A stretch of 32,000 nucleotides of DNA. It comes from Prochlorococcus sp. MIT 0801. Lineage in GTDB: Bacteria; Cyanobacteriota; Cyanobacteriia; PCC-6307; Cyanobiaceae. The stretch is from NCBI RefSeq assembly GCF_000757865.1, contig NZ_CP007754.1, positions 360,001 through 392,000 of the forward strand. The letters are read 5' to 3'. The translations under genes were made by a program, and so were the position numbers. A model generated the notes under the pieces. That model had not been told where the DNA came from. It did no database searches and saw only the letters and a program-made list of their open reading frames with translations. This document shows, piece after piece, positions 16,784-30,306 of the stretch (position 1 is its first letter; each line of letters opens with the position of its first letter).

Positions 16784-18043
16784 CTAATTGTGTTTCATTT
16801 TTAGTTTCTCAATTTCTAATTTTAATTCAATTTCAATTTCTTTTGGATAAATCAACCATGAAGCTTGATTAGGCTGAATTAATCTCTCAACTAATGGTGA
16901 AACTCTCTCTAGAGCTTGTAACTTATCTCCGTCCCATAAACGAAGTCCATGTTTATAAGGATGGTAACTTTTAACAATTTGTTCTCTTAATCCACAGGAT
17001 ATATCTGGCTCAATGCAATATTTTTCAGATAGTTTTCTAGCTTTTGCTAGAGATTCTAACCTTGTCTCTAAAGTAAAGGAGGATAAATTTAATGCTTTTA
17101 ATAAATTTCTATGTATAAAGCGCTTACAGAGATTAGATAGGTTGCTAGAATTAGAGTCTTGCCATTTATGTATATGGTATCCAGTTACTGTGTCATCATT
17201 AGATAAAAAACTTTCTATACTCATTTCTTTATGATTCCAAAGCCATTCAGACATGCTTCTATCAGCCCATAAGTTTTTTGGTCCAATATTTCTTGCTGTC
17301 TTTATAATTTGCTCTAATAACCAATTGCAAACTTCATTTAATCGATGATTGTATACGCTTCTATACATTAGATTTCTTATAACTAAATAATGCTCAACAG
17401 CCATTAACCCTTTTGGGTGGATCGCTAAATCCCCATCAGGTGAAATTGTCATTGCTGAAATTATTCGGTCTATATCTAGTTGACCATATCTTGCTCCTGT
17501 TGTATAACTATCTCTCATTAAATAATCAAGTCTATCACAGTCTAGCTGACTACTAATTAACGAAATTATTGATTTTTTTTCTGCTTTTCTAGATTGAATT
17601 AAATCTGAAATTGCTTTTGCATTTCCTTCTCCATACTTATTAAGTATAGTAGTTATTTCTTGATTTGAATTTATTAATTTAGCGGTCCATGATTCATGTT
17701 TTATTTTGAAGATTTCTTCACTTGTATGACTTAGTGGTCCATGCCCAAGATCATGTAAAAGCGCAGCACCATAGAGAATGAATTTATGCTCTTTTAATCC
17801 AGAATCAAAGTTTAATAAATGATTTATTGCTCTTCTTGCTAGATGAAATACACCAAGAGAATGAGTAAACCTGCTTGATTCTGCACCATGAAATGTTAAA
17901 TAAGCAGGTCCTAATTGTTTGATTCTTCTTAATCTTTGAAATGGGGATGAATTTATTAATTCCATCACCATTTTTTCTTCTGGAATGGAACTATTTAATG
18001 TAATGGATTGATGAAGAGGGTCGTAATAAGTTCTTGTCGACAT
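16784..18043 (-). CDS. HD-domain metal-dependent phosphohydrolase (COG1078, SAMHD1/EF1143-like dNTP triphosphohydrolase family)
   Basis: 419 aa with RFTHSLGVFHLA, AALLHDLGHGPLSH and DCDRLDYLMRDSYTTG motifs. Confidence 0.88.
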   Translation of the reverse strand: MSTRTYYDPLHQSITLNSSIPEEKMVMELINSSPFQRLRRIKQLGPAYLTFHGAESSRFTHSLGVFHLARRAINHLLNFDSGLKEHKFILYGAALLHDLGHGPLSHTSEEIFKIKHESWTAKLINSNQEITTILNKYGEGNAKAISDLIQSRKAEKKSIISLISSQLDCDRLDYLMRDSYTTGARYGQLDIDRIISAMTISPDGDLAIHPKGLMAVEHYLVIRNLMYRSVYNHRLNEVCNWLLEQIIKTARNIGPKNLWADRSMSEWLWNHKEMSIESFLSNDDTVTGYHIHKWQDSNSSNLSNLCKRFIHRNLLKALNLSSFTLETRLESLAKARKLSEKYCIEPDISCGLREQIVKSYHPYKHGLRLWDGDKLQALERVSPLVERLIQPNQASWLIYPKEIEIELKLEIEKLKMKHN

Positions 18044-18046
18044 GAC

Positions 18047-19357
18047 TTATTCAATTTCTTGGCTTATTAATTGTTCTTCTTTTACTAAAGTCTCTTTTGA
18101 TAATTTTTCTGAGACTTCTTCCTTGTCCAAGGTGGCTTGCATGATCAGCTCTGCATCTAAAAGCCATCTATCTTCATCAGAGCCTGGATTAAGTGGTTCT
18201 GGCATTTCTAATAGGCGATCAGGATCAATTCCAAGATTTTGTATGTCTCTTCCACTCGGAGTTAAATAGCTAGCAACTGTTACAGCTAAACCACTACCAT
18301 CACTGAGATTGGTCAAAGATTGTATGAGGCCTTTCCCAAAAGTTTTAGTACCTATAAGTTCAGATCTTTTATTGTCTTGAAGAGCACCAGCAAGAATTTC
18401 ACTAGCACTCGCTGTCCCCCCATTTACCAGAGTAACCATTGGACCATCATAAATAGTTTCTATTCCAGAACTGATGGGATCATTTATGGAATCTCTTTTT
18501 TTTGTTTCAACAACCGGCATGTTGCTGAGGAAATCGTCAGCAACTGCGAGTCCAGAACTTACGAGACCTCCAGAGTTATTTCTTAGATCTAAAATGAGTC
18601 CATCAATTTCTTTCCCAGAAAGTTCTTCCAATGCTTCCTGGACTTGCTCAGGAACTCCCTCACTAAATTGTGTAATTCTTAAATAACCAAATGTATTTGA
18701 TTCGTTTCTTATTCTCTTAGTCCTAACTGGTCTTAAATCAACACTTCTTCTTTCTAAAGAAATTTCCTTTATTTCATTGTCAGGCTGCTCTAATTCAACG
18801 ATTACTTGTGTTCCGGTTTGCCCTCTCAGTTTTGCTGCTGTTGCTTCAAGTCCTAATTGTTTGGGAGATTGTCCGTTAACTTTTTTTATAATCGTTCCAC
18901 TTGTAATTCCTGCATCGGATGCTGGAGAGCCTTCAAGAGGAGATATTACTACTATATCTCCATCTTCTTTTCTCGCTCCTAATTGAAGTCCAACTCCATT
19001 GATTTCACTACCTATGTTGCTTTTTTTCATCGCTTCGTAATCAACTGGTCTTAATAAGCGTGTATATGGATCTCCAAGAGGAAGAAGCATTGCTTCAATA
19101 GCTGAATAGGCTTGTTGAGAATTGTTTATTGGCTTTTCAAGAGCTTTTTGACGAAGTTTTTTCCATTGAACTTCATCAAATTTCTTAGGATCTAAATAAC
19201 CCGAATTAACTAGATTCCAGGCTTCAATAACCAGCAATTGTCCATCATTTAGAGCAATTGCTGGCGGAGTAAAGACTTGAAATAAAATCCCAAAACAAAT
19301 TATTACTGCAAAAAATCTTTGCAGTAGCTTAGTTAAAGATTTAACAGATAAAAGCAT
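18047..19357 (-). CDS. ctpA: Carboxyl-terminal processing protease (S41 family, PDZ-containing)
   Basis: PDZ segment GVGLQL...[14 protein letters not shown]. Catalytic region [22 protein letters not shown] and TFGKGLIQ. The longest ORF starts at 19420. The start at 19357 ([35 protein letters not shown], signal-peptide-like) is preferred, but the start remains uncertain. Confidence 0.9.
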   Translation of the reverse strand: MLLSVKSLTKLLQRFFAVIICFGILFQVFTPPAIALNDGQLLVIEAWNLVNSGYLDPKKFDEVQWKKLRQKALEKPINNSQQAYSAIEAMLLPLGDPYTRLLRPVDYEAMKKSNIGSEINGVGLQLGARKEDGDIVVISPLEGSPASDAGITSGTIIKKVNGQSPKQLGLEATAAKLRGQTGTQVIVELEQPDNEIKEISLERRSVDLRPVRTKRIRNESNTFGYLRITQFSEGVPEQVQEALEELSGKEIDGLILDLRNNSGGLVSSGLAVADDFLSNMPVVETKKRDSINDPISSGIETIYDGPMVTLVNGGTASASEILAGALQDNKRSELIGTKTFGKGLIQSLTNLSDGSGLAVTVASYLTPSGRDIQNLGIDPDRLLEMPEPLNPGSDEDRWLLDAELIMQATLDKEEVSEKLSKETLVKEEQLISQEIE

Positions 19358-19426
19358 TGGATTGATCTTTTGCGGCGACCAAGGGGCACATCGAGTAAGA
19401 TATTTGAAAGTACAGTGCATAAGTGG

Positions 19427-20083
19427 ATGGCGAAATCTTCACCGGTTTATGACTGGTTCCAGGAACGTCTTGAGATACAGGACATAGCTGATGATGTCAC
19501 TTCAAAATACGTTCCACCACATGTCAACATTTTTTATTGTCTTGGTGGCATAACACTGGTTTGTTTTTTGATTCAATTCGCGACTGGATTCGCGATGACC
19601 TTTTACTACAAACCTACAGTAACTGAAGCTTATAGCTCAGTAAGTTATCTGATGACAGATGTGAGTTTTGGTTGGTTGATTAGATCAGTCCATAGATGGA
19701 GTGCCTCAATGATGGTACTCATGCTTATTTTGCATGTTTTTCGAGTTTATTTGACTGGTGGATTTAAAAGACCTAGAGAATTGACGTGGATAACCGGAGT
19801 GGTTATGGCAGTAATAACTGTTGCTTTTGGAGTTACAGGGTATTCATTGCCTTGGGATCAAGTTGGTTATTGGGCAGTTAAAATTGTTTCTGGAGTCCCT
19901 GCAGCTATTCCAGTTATTGGTGACTTTATGGTTGAACTTCTTAGAGGTGGTGAGAGCGTTGGACAGTCAACTTTGACAAGGTTTTATAGTCTTCATACTT
20001 TTGTGATGCCATGGCTATTAGCTGTATTTATGTTGATGCATTTTCTAATGATTAGAAAACAAGGAATCTCTGGTCCGTTATAA
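19427..20083 (+). CDS. petB: Cytochrome b6
   Basis: [44 protein letters not shown] is the canonical PetB N-terminus. The track ORF (19370) carries a spurious 19-aa extension. Confidence 0.96.
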   Translation: MAKSSPVYDWFQERLEIQDIADDVTSKYVPPHVNIFYCLGGITLVCFLIQFATGFAMTFYYKPTVTEAYSSVSYLMTDVSFGWLIRSVHRWSASMMVLMLILHVFRVYLTGGFKRPRELTWITGVVMAVITVAFGVTGYSLPWDQVGYWAVKIVSGVPAAIPVIGDFMVELLRGGESVGQSTLTRFYSLHTFVMPWLLAVFMLMHFLMIRKQGISGPL

Positions 20084-20145
20084 TTAAAGACATTTAAAAT
20101 CATTAATTCAAATAACCTCTAATTTTTTTAAACCACCCTTAAACC

Positions 20146-20628
20146 ATGTCTACTCTTAAGAAACCTGATTTAACCGATACAAAATTAAGAGCAAAACTTG
20201 CTAAAGGAATGGGTCATAATTATTACGGAGAACCAGCATGGCCAAATGATCTTTTGTATATTTTTCCGGTGGTTATTCTTGGGACGATTGCATGTGTTGT
20301 CGGTTTAGCAGTTTTAGATCCTGCATTCCTTGGAGATAAAGCAAATCCCTTCGCAACTCCATTAGAGATTCTCCCTGAATGGTATTTATATCCTGTTTTT
20401 CAAATTTTAAGAGTTGTACCTAATAAGTTGCTCGGTATTGCTCTGCAGACACTGATACCTCTGGGTTTAATGATTCTTCCTTTTATCGAAAACATAAATA
20501 AATTTGCTAATCCTTTTAGAAGACCAGTAGCCATGACATTATTTTTATTTGGAACTGTTTTGACAATGTATTTAGGTATAGGAGCATGCTTACCAATTGA
20601 TAAATCTCTGACTTTAGGTTTGTTTTAG
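20146..20628 (+). CDS. petD: Cytochrome b6-f complex subunit IV
   Basis: 160 aa with [20 protein letters not shown]...[13 protein letters not shown]. It lies downstream of petB. Confidence 0.97.
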   Translation: MSTLKKPDLTDTKLRAKLAKGMGHNYYGEPAWPNDLLYIFPVVILGTIACVVGLAVLDPAFLGDKANPFATPLEILPEWYLYPVFQILRVVPNKLLGIALQTLIPLGLMILPFIENINKFANPFRRPVAMTLFLFGTVLTMYLGIGACLPIDKSLTLGLF

Positions 20629-22076
20629 AAACTTTCCTCTAAGTCCAACATCAATACATCATCAGGCTCAGCTCTTAACAAATGATGCATTAATAAAAAT
20701 CCAACAATTGTCCAAGTTTGATAAGTCCTAGATTGTTGTCCTACCCATGTGCCAGTTGGCCCATCAAAATATTCTGCCCATTTCTGTCTTGGAAGTTGAT
20801 TCAATTGACTCCAATAACATTCTTCAATAAGAGCCCTCATTTGTCCCATGAGTAAAACATCAGCTTTTGGATAACGTTTTGCATGTAGCAGTATAGAAGC
20901 ACCAAAAAACCATAAAAGACTAGGCCAATGCCCCCCATTGTGATAGCTCCATGGCCAGTTTTTTGGGTCTGAACCTGTTTTGTTTTGCCATTCTTCAACA
21001 TCCATTGGAGGATGACATATCCTCATTGGCATTTGTGCCATGAGGTGTTCACGATTATGTAGAACTAGACGAAATAATGCTCTCTGTTGCGGTGCTGTCA
21101 ATACTCCAAACATGCATGCTAATGAATTACCCAAACTGTAAAAACGAAAATCTGGCCTACCAGTCCTTATATTTCCAATAAGGTATCCACCTCTGTTCTC
21201 AAGCCAATCCTGAAGCCATGAAGGTACTACTTGGGGTTGGACATTGAATTCATTTTGATGTTGATCTTCACCATATTGCTCTGTAGGCCTTCTTCTAAGA
21301 ACTTGCATCGTTTTGCTTGTGACCCAATAGTGTTTCAAAAGAAATTGTCGAAGATCATGCACCCACTGACGAGTTAAAACAAGCCTCTGATCAAGCAATC
21401 GACTTTTTTGATGTTTTCTGCTTAGTTCCATTAGTTGAATGCAGCTTTTTAAGCATGCATGCAATAAAACCTCTACCTCAAGAGGAGCTCCCCAAACATC
21501 CATGGGTCGATCTATCATAAAAGAACAATCTGGTACGAACAAAACGGGATTTCCCTCAAAAGTTGGATGCAAAACTAAATCAAGAAGAAGTTGCACACCT
21601 CTTTGAACCTGTTGACTCGTCCCAAAACTCTGATCACCACTTTTTCTCACATACAGCCAACAAAGTATTGGCCACCATAAACTTGCATCAGCAGAGGTGA
21701 TTCTTCCAATAGATCTCTGACCATAATCAGCTATTAATTTTCCTTTTTCTTCAACAAAACTTGTTGGGAAAACCCCTCGAGTTTGATAAGTGGTACTTTG
21801 CAAATCAAGACTTACTGTCAAGAATTTCTTGACTATGTCATATCTTTTTTGAGTTAAGAGATAAATCATTACAGGAACGTTGTCCCTTAAAAAAATTTCT
21901 CCGTAATTGAGAGCATCATTCTTTGTTGGATGCTCTAATGCTGCGACACTTCCTGCAATACTTCCAGAAATTTCAATCAGAGTTTTTTCAAAATGTTCTT
22001 TAGCTCTGGCAACAACTTTGTCTTCATTCGAGTTGGGACGGACCCTTTGGTGCTGTTGGCTAAAACGTGCGGGCAT
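20625..22076 (-). CDS. Alkaline/neutral invertase (glycoside hydrolase family 100)
   Basis: 483 aa. [27 protein letters not shown] and [13 protein letters not shown] are typical of GH100 invertases of cyanobacteria and plants. Confidence 0.87.
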   Translation of the reverse strand: MPARFSQQHQRVRPNSNEDKVVARAKEHFEKTLIEISGSIAGSVAALEHPTKNDALNYGEIFLRDNVPVMIYLLTQKRYDIVKKFLTVSLDLQSTTYQTRGVFPTSFVEEKGKLIADYGQRSIGRITSADASLWWPILCWLYVRKSGDQSFGTSQQVQRGVQLLLDLVLHPTFEGNPVLFVPDCSFMIDRPMDVWGAPLEVEVLLHACLKSCIQLMELSRKHQKSRLLDQRLVLTRQWVHDLRQFLLKHYWVTSKTMQVLRRRPTEQYGEDQHQNEFNVQPQVVPSWLQDWLENRGGYLIGNIRTGRPDFRFYSLGNSLACMFGVLTAPQQRALFRLVLHNREHLMAQMPMRICHPPMDVEEWQNKTGSDPKNWPWSYHNGGHWPSLLWFFGASILLHAKRYPKADVLLMGQMRALIEECYWSQLNQLPRQKWAEYFDGPTGTWVGQQSRTYQTWTIVGFLLMHHLLRAEPDDVLMLDLEESF

Positions 22077-22167
22077 TAAAATAATCTGTTGCCATCGCTA
22101 AAAGCTAGTTATGGCTTACTCCTTTAATATTGATAGTAAGAGGTAAAACATTTCATTTGCAACTTTG

Positions 22168-22197
22168 TTGCAAGTAAGTACTTCGAGGGTCTAGAAT
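22168..22197 (+). promoter_or_regulatory. Candidate sigma70-type promoter for the rRNA operon
   Basis: TTGCAA (22168-22173), an 18-nt spacer, then TAGAAT (22192-22197), about 525 nt upstream of the 16S. The -35 lies inside a 7-bp palindrome. Hexamer matches are weak evidence in AT-rich DNA. Confidence 0.3.
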
Positions 22198-22557
22198 ATT
22201 CTTCTGCGCAAAAGTTAATCTAGAGCGCACTCAGTTAGCGAAAATTACGAAAGTTTTTTAGTTAAGTGGGAGTTTTACAACATTCGAAGACTAAACCCTT
22301 CTGTGATGTAAGCTAAAAAACGGTCGCAAGATCGAAAATGTTCTTGGCTTTTTAAGTCGAAAACATTGCACCTAGACAACTTAAAAGTTTAGGAACTGAC
22401 GCTTTTATCGCGTCTGGTTCATTAGTGAATCGGATGTATTGCGATAAAGGTGTGAGGTCCCGTCAAAAAGAAATTAGTTGCATGATTTTGTCACTATTTC
22501 GAATTGGAGTTTCACGGCTCTATTTTGATATTTGGTGTTACACAGTTAGAGCAACGA

Positions 22558-22612
22558 CGGATCTGAGATCCGGGAAAGTCACGAAGATAAAACTAAGTGC
22601 ACTCTTTAGAAC
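22558..22612 (+). promoter_or_regulatory. rRNA leader boxB-like hairpin plus boxA-like antitermination element
   Basis: Hairpin CGGATC-TGA-GATCCG (22558-22572) is followed 25 nt later by TGCACTCTTTAGAAC (22598-22612). This resembles the E. coli boxA TGCTCTTTAACAA, with the core CTCTTTA conserved. Confidence 0.4.
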
Positions 22613-22723
22613 CCTTATTAAAACTAAGGTGGCAACAATCACAATCAGTACGCCAGTGCTGTTACAAGTGGGAGAAGCAAATCAGACTGAGTAGAAATTA
22701 TTTTTTACAATAGGGCCTGACTA

Positions 22724-24206
<1,483 letters not shown>

Positions 24207-24372
24207 ACAGGGAGACAATATATTGATTGTGATGTCTAAGTTTTTTATTCTTAGGCCGCAATCCTGTCACCTTAAGGTCGATCGGTACCTCAGATTTTAG
24301 AATTATTTTATATTAATTCTTTTATTTCAGTTCCTAAACTTGTCTAGGTCACACCCAACAAAGGTTTCTCCT

Positions 24373-24446
<74 letters not shown>

Positions 24447-24455
24447 TTCGTTGTT

Positions 24456-24528
24456 GGGGGTATAGCTCAGTTGGTAGAGCGCCTGCTTTGCAAGCAGGAT
24501 GTCAGCGGTTCGAGTCCGCTTACCTCCA
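24456..24528 (+). tRNA. trnA: tRNA-Ala (UGC) in the 16S-23S spacer
   Basis: GGGGGTATAGCTCAGTTGGTAGAGCGCCTGCTTTGCAAGCAGGATGTCAGCGGTTCGAGTCCGCTTACCTCCA. The G3:U70 identity pair is present and the anticodon is TGC. Confidence 0.96.
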
Positions 24529-24675
24529 CTGAAAACTATCCTGATAACTAAAATCTGGAGAAAAATTTGTAGATGTGACTTAGAATTGTCTATTGAAAGA
24601 ACCTAGCTTCTTATCATCTTTTACATAGTTGATAACATGCTGGGCTCCCATGGTTTAATCCATGAGAATTCAGTA

Positions 24676-24695
24676 GAACCTTGAAAACTGCATAG
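24676..24695 (+). promoter_or_regulatory. ITS boxA / 5' strand of the 23S processing stem
   Basis: GAACCTTGAAAACTGCATAG is the conserved cyanobacterial ITS boxA. It is complementary (18 Watson-Crick pairs, 1 G-U, 1 mismatch) to CTATGCAGTCTTCAGGGTTC at 27767-27786, downstream of the 23S. Confidence 0.65.
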
Positions 24696-24834
24696 ATTAG
24701 AAAGAATAAAGCATCTCATGGATGCATAATTCTGTTTTTGCAATTTAGCCTTAAAACTAAATTCTTTATTAACAGAATTCATGTTTAATTCTTGAGTAAA
24801 AGCCAAGCACAATTAATTTTGTGATTGTATTTAA

Positions 24835-27710
<2,876 letters not shown>

Positions 27711-27799
27711 CTTTTGCTATTATTCGAATTTTTGCTTTATTTTTTCTTGTTATTCTTTAATAATTTCTATGCAGTCTTCAGGGTTCACTAATAACACTA

Positions 27800-27917
27800 T
27801 CCTGGTGTTCATGGCGATGTGGAACCACTCCGATCCATCTCGAACTCGGTTGTGAAACGCATCAGCGGCGACGATATTTGGGGGGTTGCCCCCTGAGAAA
27901 ATAGCTCAATGCCAGGT
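27800..27917 (+). rRNA. rrf: 5S ribosomal RNA
   Basis: TCCTGGTGTTCATGGCGATGTGGAACCACTCCGATCCATCTCGAACTCGGTTGTGAAACG...AATGCCAGGT, with terminal helix CCTGG/CCAGG. Confidence 0.93.
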
Positions 27918-27928
27918 AAAAATTTTTT

Positions 27929-27956
27929 AAAAAAGGGTCTTTCGGGACCCTTTTTT
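27929..27956. terminator. Bidirectional rho-independent terminator (rrn operon on the + strand, mutM on the - strand)
   Basis: AAAAAAGGGTC-TTTCGG-GACCCTTTTTT. The GC-cored stem is flanked by an A-run and a T-run. It lies 12 nt after the 5S and 10 nt after the mutM stop. Confidence 0.72.
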
Positions 27957-27965
27957 AATTAAAAA

Positions 27966-28814
27966 TTATTTTTGGCAAGTAGGACACCAGTGTGTGCTTC
28001 TTCCACAGATTTTTTCCCGCAATATCTTTGTTCCACATTTTTTACAATTTTTTCCACTTCTTCTATACACCCAAGCTTGTCCGCCATAATTTCCATCGAC
28101 CCCCTCTAAATTTCTAAAGTCACTAAAAGTTGTGCCCCCTTCCCCAATACTTATATTTAAGATTTTGACCAGACTATTGCATAGCCTTTTTAATTCATTA
28201 CTTTTTAAATTTCTACTTTCTGTTTTTGGATTAATCCCAGCATCAAATAATGTTTCATCTGCATATATATTTCCAACCCCAGCAACAGTTTCTTGATCTA
28301 ATAAAGCAGATTTAATTGAGCGAGTTTTTTTTTTCAAATATTCTTCCAAATAATGACTATTAAAATCAGTACTAAATGGCTCTGGGCCTAATCTTTTAAT
28401 TCCAGAAACTATCTCTGAAACTGATTTTGTTGAGGGCACGTGCCACATTTGTCCGAAATTCCTAATGTCTATAAAACGGAGTTCTCTTCCTCTCTCCTCC
28501 AAAAATCTCACTCTAGTATGGCTGCATGCTAAAACTTCTTTCTCAAGTATTTTAAATTGGCCTGTCATTCTTAAGTGAACAACTAAAAAACCTTTGCTAA
28601 TTTTTTCTTTTGTAAGGAGGGATCCTATTAAATATTTACCTCTTCTTTCCCAATGACCTAGATAACTATGTTTAACATTATTTATGAAACTTTTTGATCC
28701 ACCATTACTTGCTATTGAACGTTCTTTTAATACTTCTATTCTCTCAATATAAAAATCATTTAGAAGTTTCTCAAGTCCCTTTCTAACTGTCTCAACTTCA
28801 GGTAATTCTGGCAC
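27966..28814 (-). CDS. mutM: Formamidopyrimidine-DNA glycosylase
   Basis: 282 aa with the MPELPEVETV catalytic N-terminus and a C-terminal zinc finger CKKCGTKI...HWCPTCQ. Confidence 0.95.
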   Translation of the reverse strand: MPELPEVETVRKGLEKLLNDFYIERIEVLKERSIASNGGSKSFINNVKHSYLGHWERRGKYLIGSLLTKEKISKGFLVVHLRMTGQFKILEKEVLACSHTRVRFLEERGRELRFIDIRNFGQMWHVPSTKSVSEIVSGIKRLGPEPFSTDFNSHYLEEYLKKKTRSIKSALLDQETVAGVGNIYADETLFDAGINPKTESRNLKSNELKRLCNSLVKILNISIGEGGTTFSDFRNLEGVDGNYGGQAWVYRRSGKNCKKCGTKILREKICGRSTHWCPTCQK

Positions 28815-28828
28815 AAAGTATAATACTG

Positions 28829-29047
28829 CTAAAGTACGGCAGCTTCTAATTCCTTGGCTGAAAATTGACTGGTATTGGCTCCACCATCAACACCGCTAAA
28901 AGCTTTGAAATCACATTTATCAAATTTGACAGTTACTGGGTATCTCATTGATGGAGATTTATCTATAGAGACAATTTCTCCAATTTGATTGAACCAGTAA
29001 GATTCTTGACGCAAGATGCGAACCTTATCCTTTCTTGCAAAGCTCAT
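28829..29047 (-). CDS. psaE: Photosystem I reaction-centre subunit IV
   Basis: 72 aa with KVRILRQESYWFNQIGEIVSIDKS...YPVTVKFDK, the PsaE SH3-like core. Confidence 0.92.
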   Translation of the reverse strand: MSFARKDKVRILRQESYWFNQIGEIVSIDKSPSMRYPVTVKFDKCDFKAFSGVDGGANTSQFSAKELEAAVL

Positions 29048-29248
29048 CTGATTTACCTAAATTTCTTATTATTATTATCTAACAGAACAGGTTATATTTG
29101 TAGATGTGTCACAGACTGTCGCTAGTATTTTAAAAAATCAAATCCCTTTTAAAAGATTTTTTACATTAGACATAAATAATCCATATTGATTTCCGGGCGA
29201 ATTTTCAATTAGCTTCGAAATGTTAAACCTTTAAAGATTTTATTTTTT

Positions 29249-30295
29249 GTGATACCACAGCCATCTTTAGACCCATCTTCTCTTAGCTTTGATTTGCCTG
29301 ATCCTGATCAAGATGACTTGAGTAATATTGATTTCATCAAGAGATTAGAGAATGCATGGTCAATATGTGAGCAGTTTGATTTGCAAACCGAAATTTGGCG
29401 AGGAAGAATTTTACGTGTTGTTAGAGATAGAGAAAAGAGAGGTGGGGATGGCAGAGGTTCAGGCTTTTTGCAATGGCTTAGGGAGATGGAAATTAGTAAA
29501 AGCAAAGCCTATTCCCTTATCCAACTAGCTGATTCCTCCGATAATCTTGTAGTCGATGGAATACTTGAAGAATCTAGTGTAAATAATTTTTCTAAAAGAG
29601 CTTTTATAGAAACAGCACAAGCTGAGCCTGAGATTCAACATATGATTTCTGAGGCTGCTAATGAAGGGAGGGACATAACAAGAAGACAAGTAAAAAGCTT
29701 AACTGACCAATTCATGGCTGCAACCAGCACTCTTTTGCCTGATGAAATTAAAGAAAAAACGCAATCAAATTTATTACCAGCAAAGTTTGTGGCGCCATTA
29801 GTAAGAGAATTATCCAAGTTGTCGCCTATTCAGCAGGAAGAAATCTGCGAAACTTTAAGAGAAAATCCTGAAATAGATTCAGTAAAAGATATGACGAATA
29901 CAGCTAAATGGATGGGTAAGTCTTTAGATGCTTCTTTAGCGTTAAGAGCTTTTCAAAATAAGAATTTAAATTTAGATAAAGCTACTCAAGAAGCTCTCAG
30001 GTTGGATTCTTTAGGATTGCTTTCAGATGCTTTTGGACAAGCAAAAACTATAGAGAGTTCTATTTTGAAATTCCATTCTGCTTGGAAAAGATTAGAAGGC
30101 TTGCAAGAGAGACTATGGGTTGAGTCTGGTAGTAGCACGCCATATTTAAGAGAGCTTTTAGACACACTTCAAACACTCACTGGTTCAACAATAAGAGTTT
30201 CTCTTGGAGAACTTTCAGGAGGGAAAAGGTTGAGATTACAACTTGTTGAAGAAGACTCTGAAAGATTGGAACCTCCACCTCTTGAAATCAATTAA
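29249..30295 (+). CDS. Conserved-looking hypothetical protein (348 aa) with an HTH-like N-terminal region
   Basis: A long uninterrupted ORF in AT-rich DNA, which is unlikely by chance. It has an acidic N-terminus, then WRGRILRVV...GFLQWLREMEISKSKAYSLIQLA (helix-turn-helix-like, reminiscent of DUF3102-type domains), and a helical C-terminal half. The only start in the track is a GTG; the first in-frame ATG is about 80 codons in, so the start is uncertain. Confidence 0.65.
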   Translation: MIPQPSLDPSSLSFDLPDPDQDDLSNIDFIKRLENAWSICEQFDLQTEIWRGRILRVVRDREKRGGDGRGSGFLQWLREMEISKSKAYSLIQLADSSDNLVVDGILEESSVNNFSKRAFIETAQAEPEIQHMISEAANEGRDITRRQVKSLTDQFMAATSTLLPDEIKEKTQSNLLPAKFVAPLVRELSKLSPIQQEEICETLRENPEIDSVKDMTNTAKWMGKSLDASLALRAFQNKNLNLDKATQEALRLDSLGLLSDAFGQAKTIESSILKFHSAWKRLEGLQERLWVESGSSTPYLRELLDTLQTLTGSTIRVSLGELSGGKRLRLQLVEEDSERLEPPPLEIN

Positions 30296-30306
30296 TAATT
30301 AATAAT

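Noticed and set aside
17013-18986. Plus-strand ORFs antisense to the HD phosphohydrolase and ctpA (17013-17234, 18042-18269, 18320-18586, 18474-18686, 18777-18986)
   Set aside because: They are embedded in well-supported minus-strand genes. Their serine- and proline-rich, low-complexity translations are typical of antisense frames.
22425-22694. 89-aa ORF just upstream of the 16S rRNA
   Set aside because: It lies within the rRNA leader, which contains boxB/boxA-like elements and hairpins. No protein family is recognisable and there is no plausible RBS. It is most likely non-coding leader RNA.
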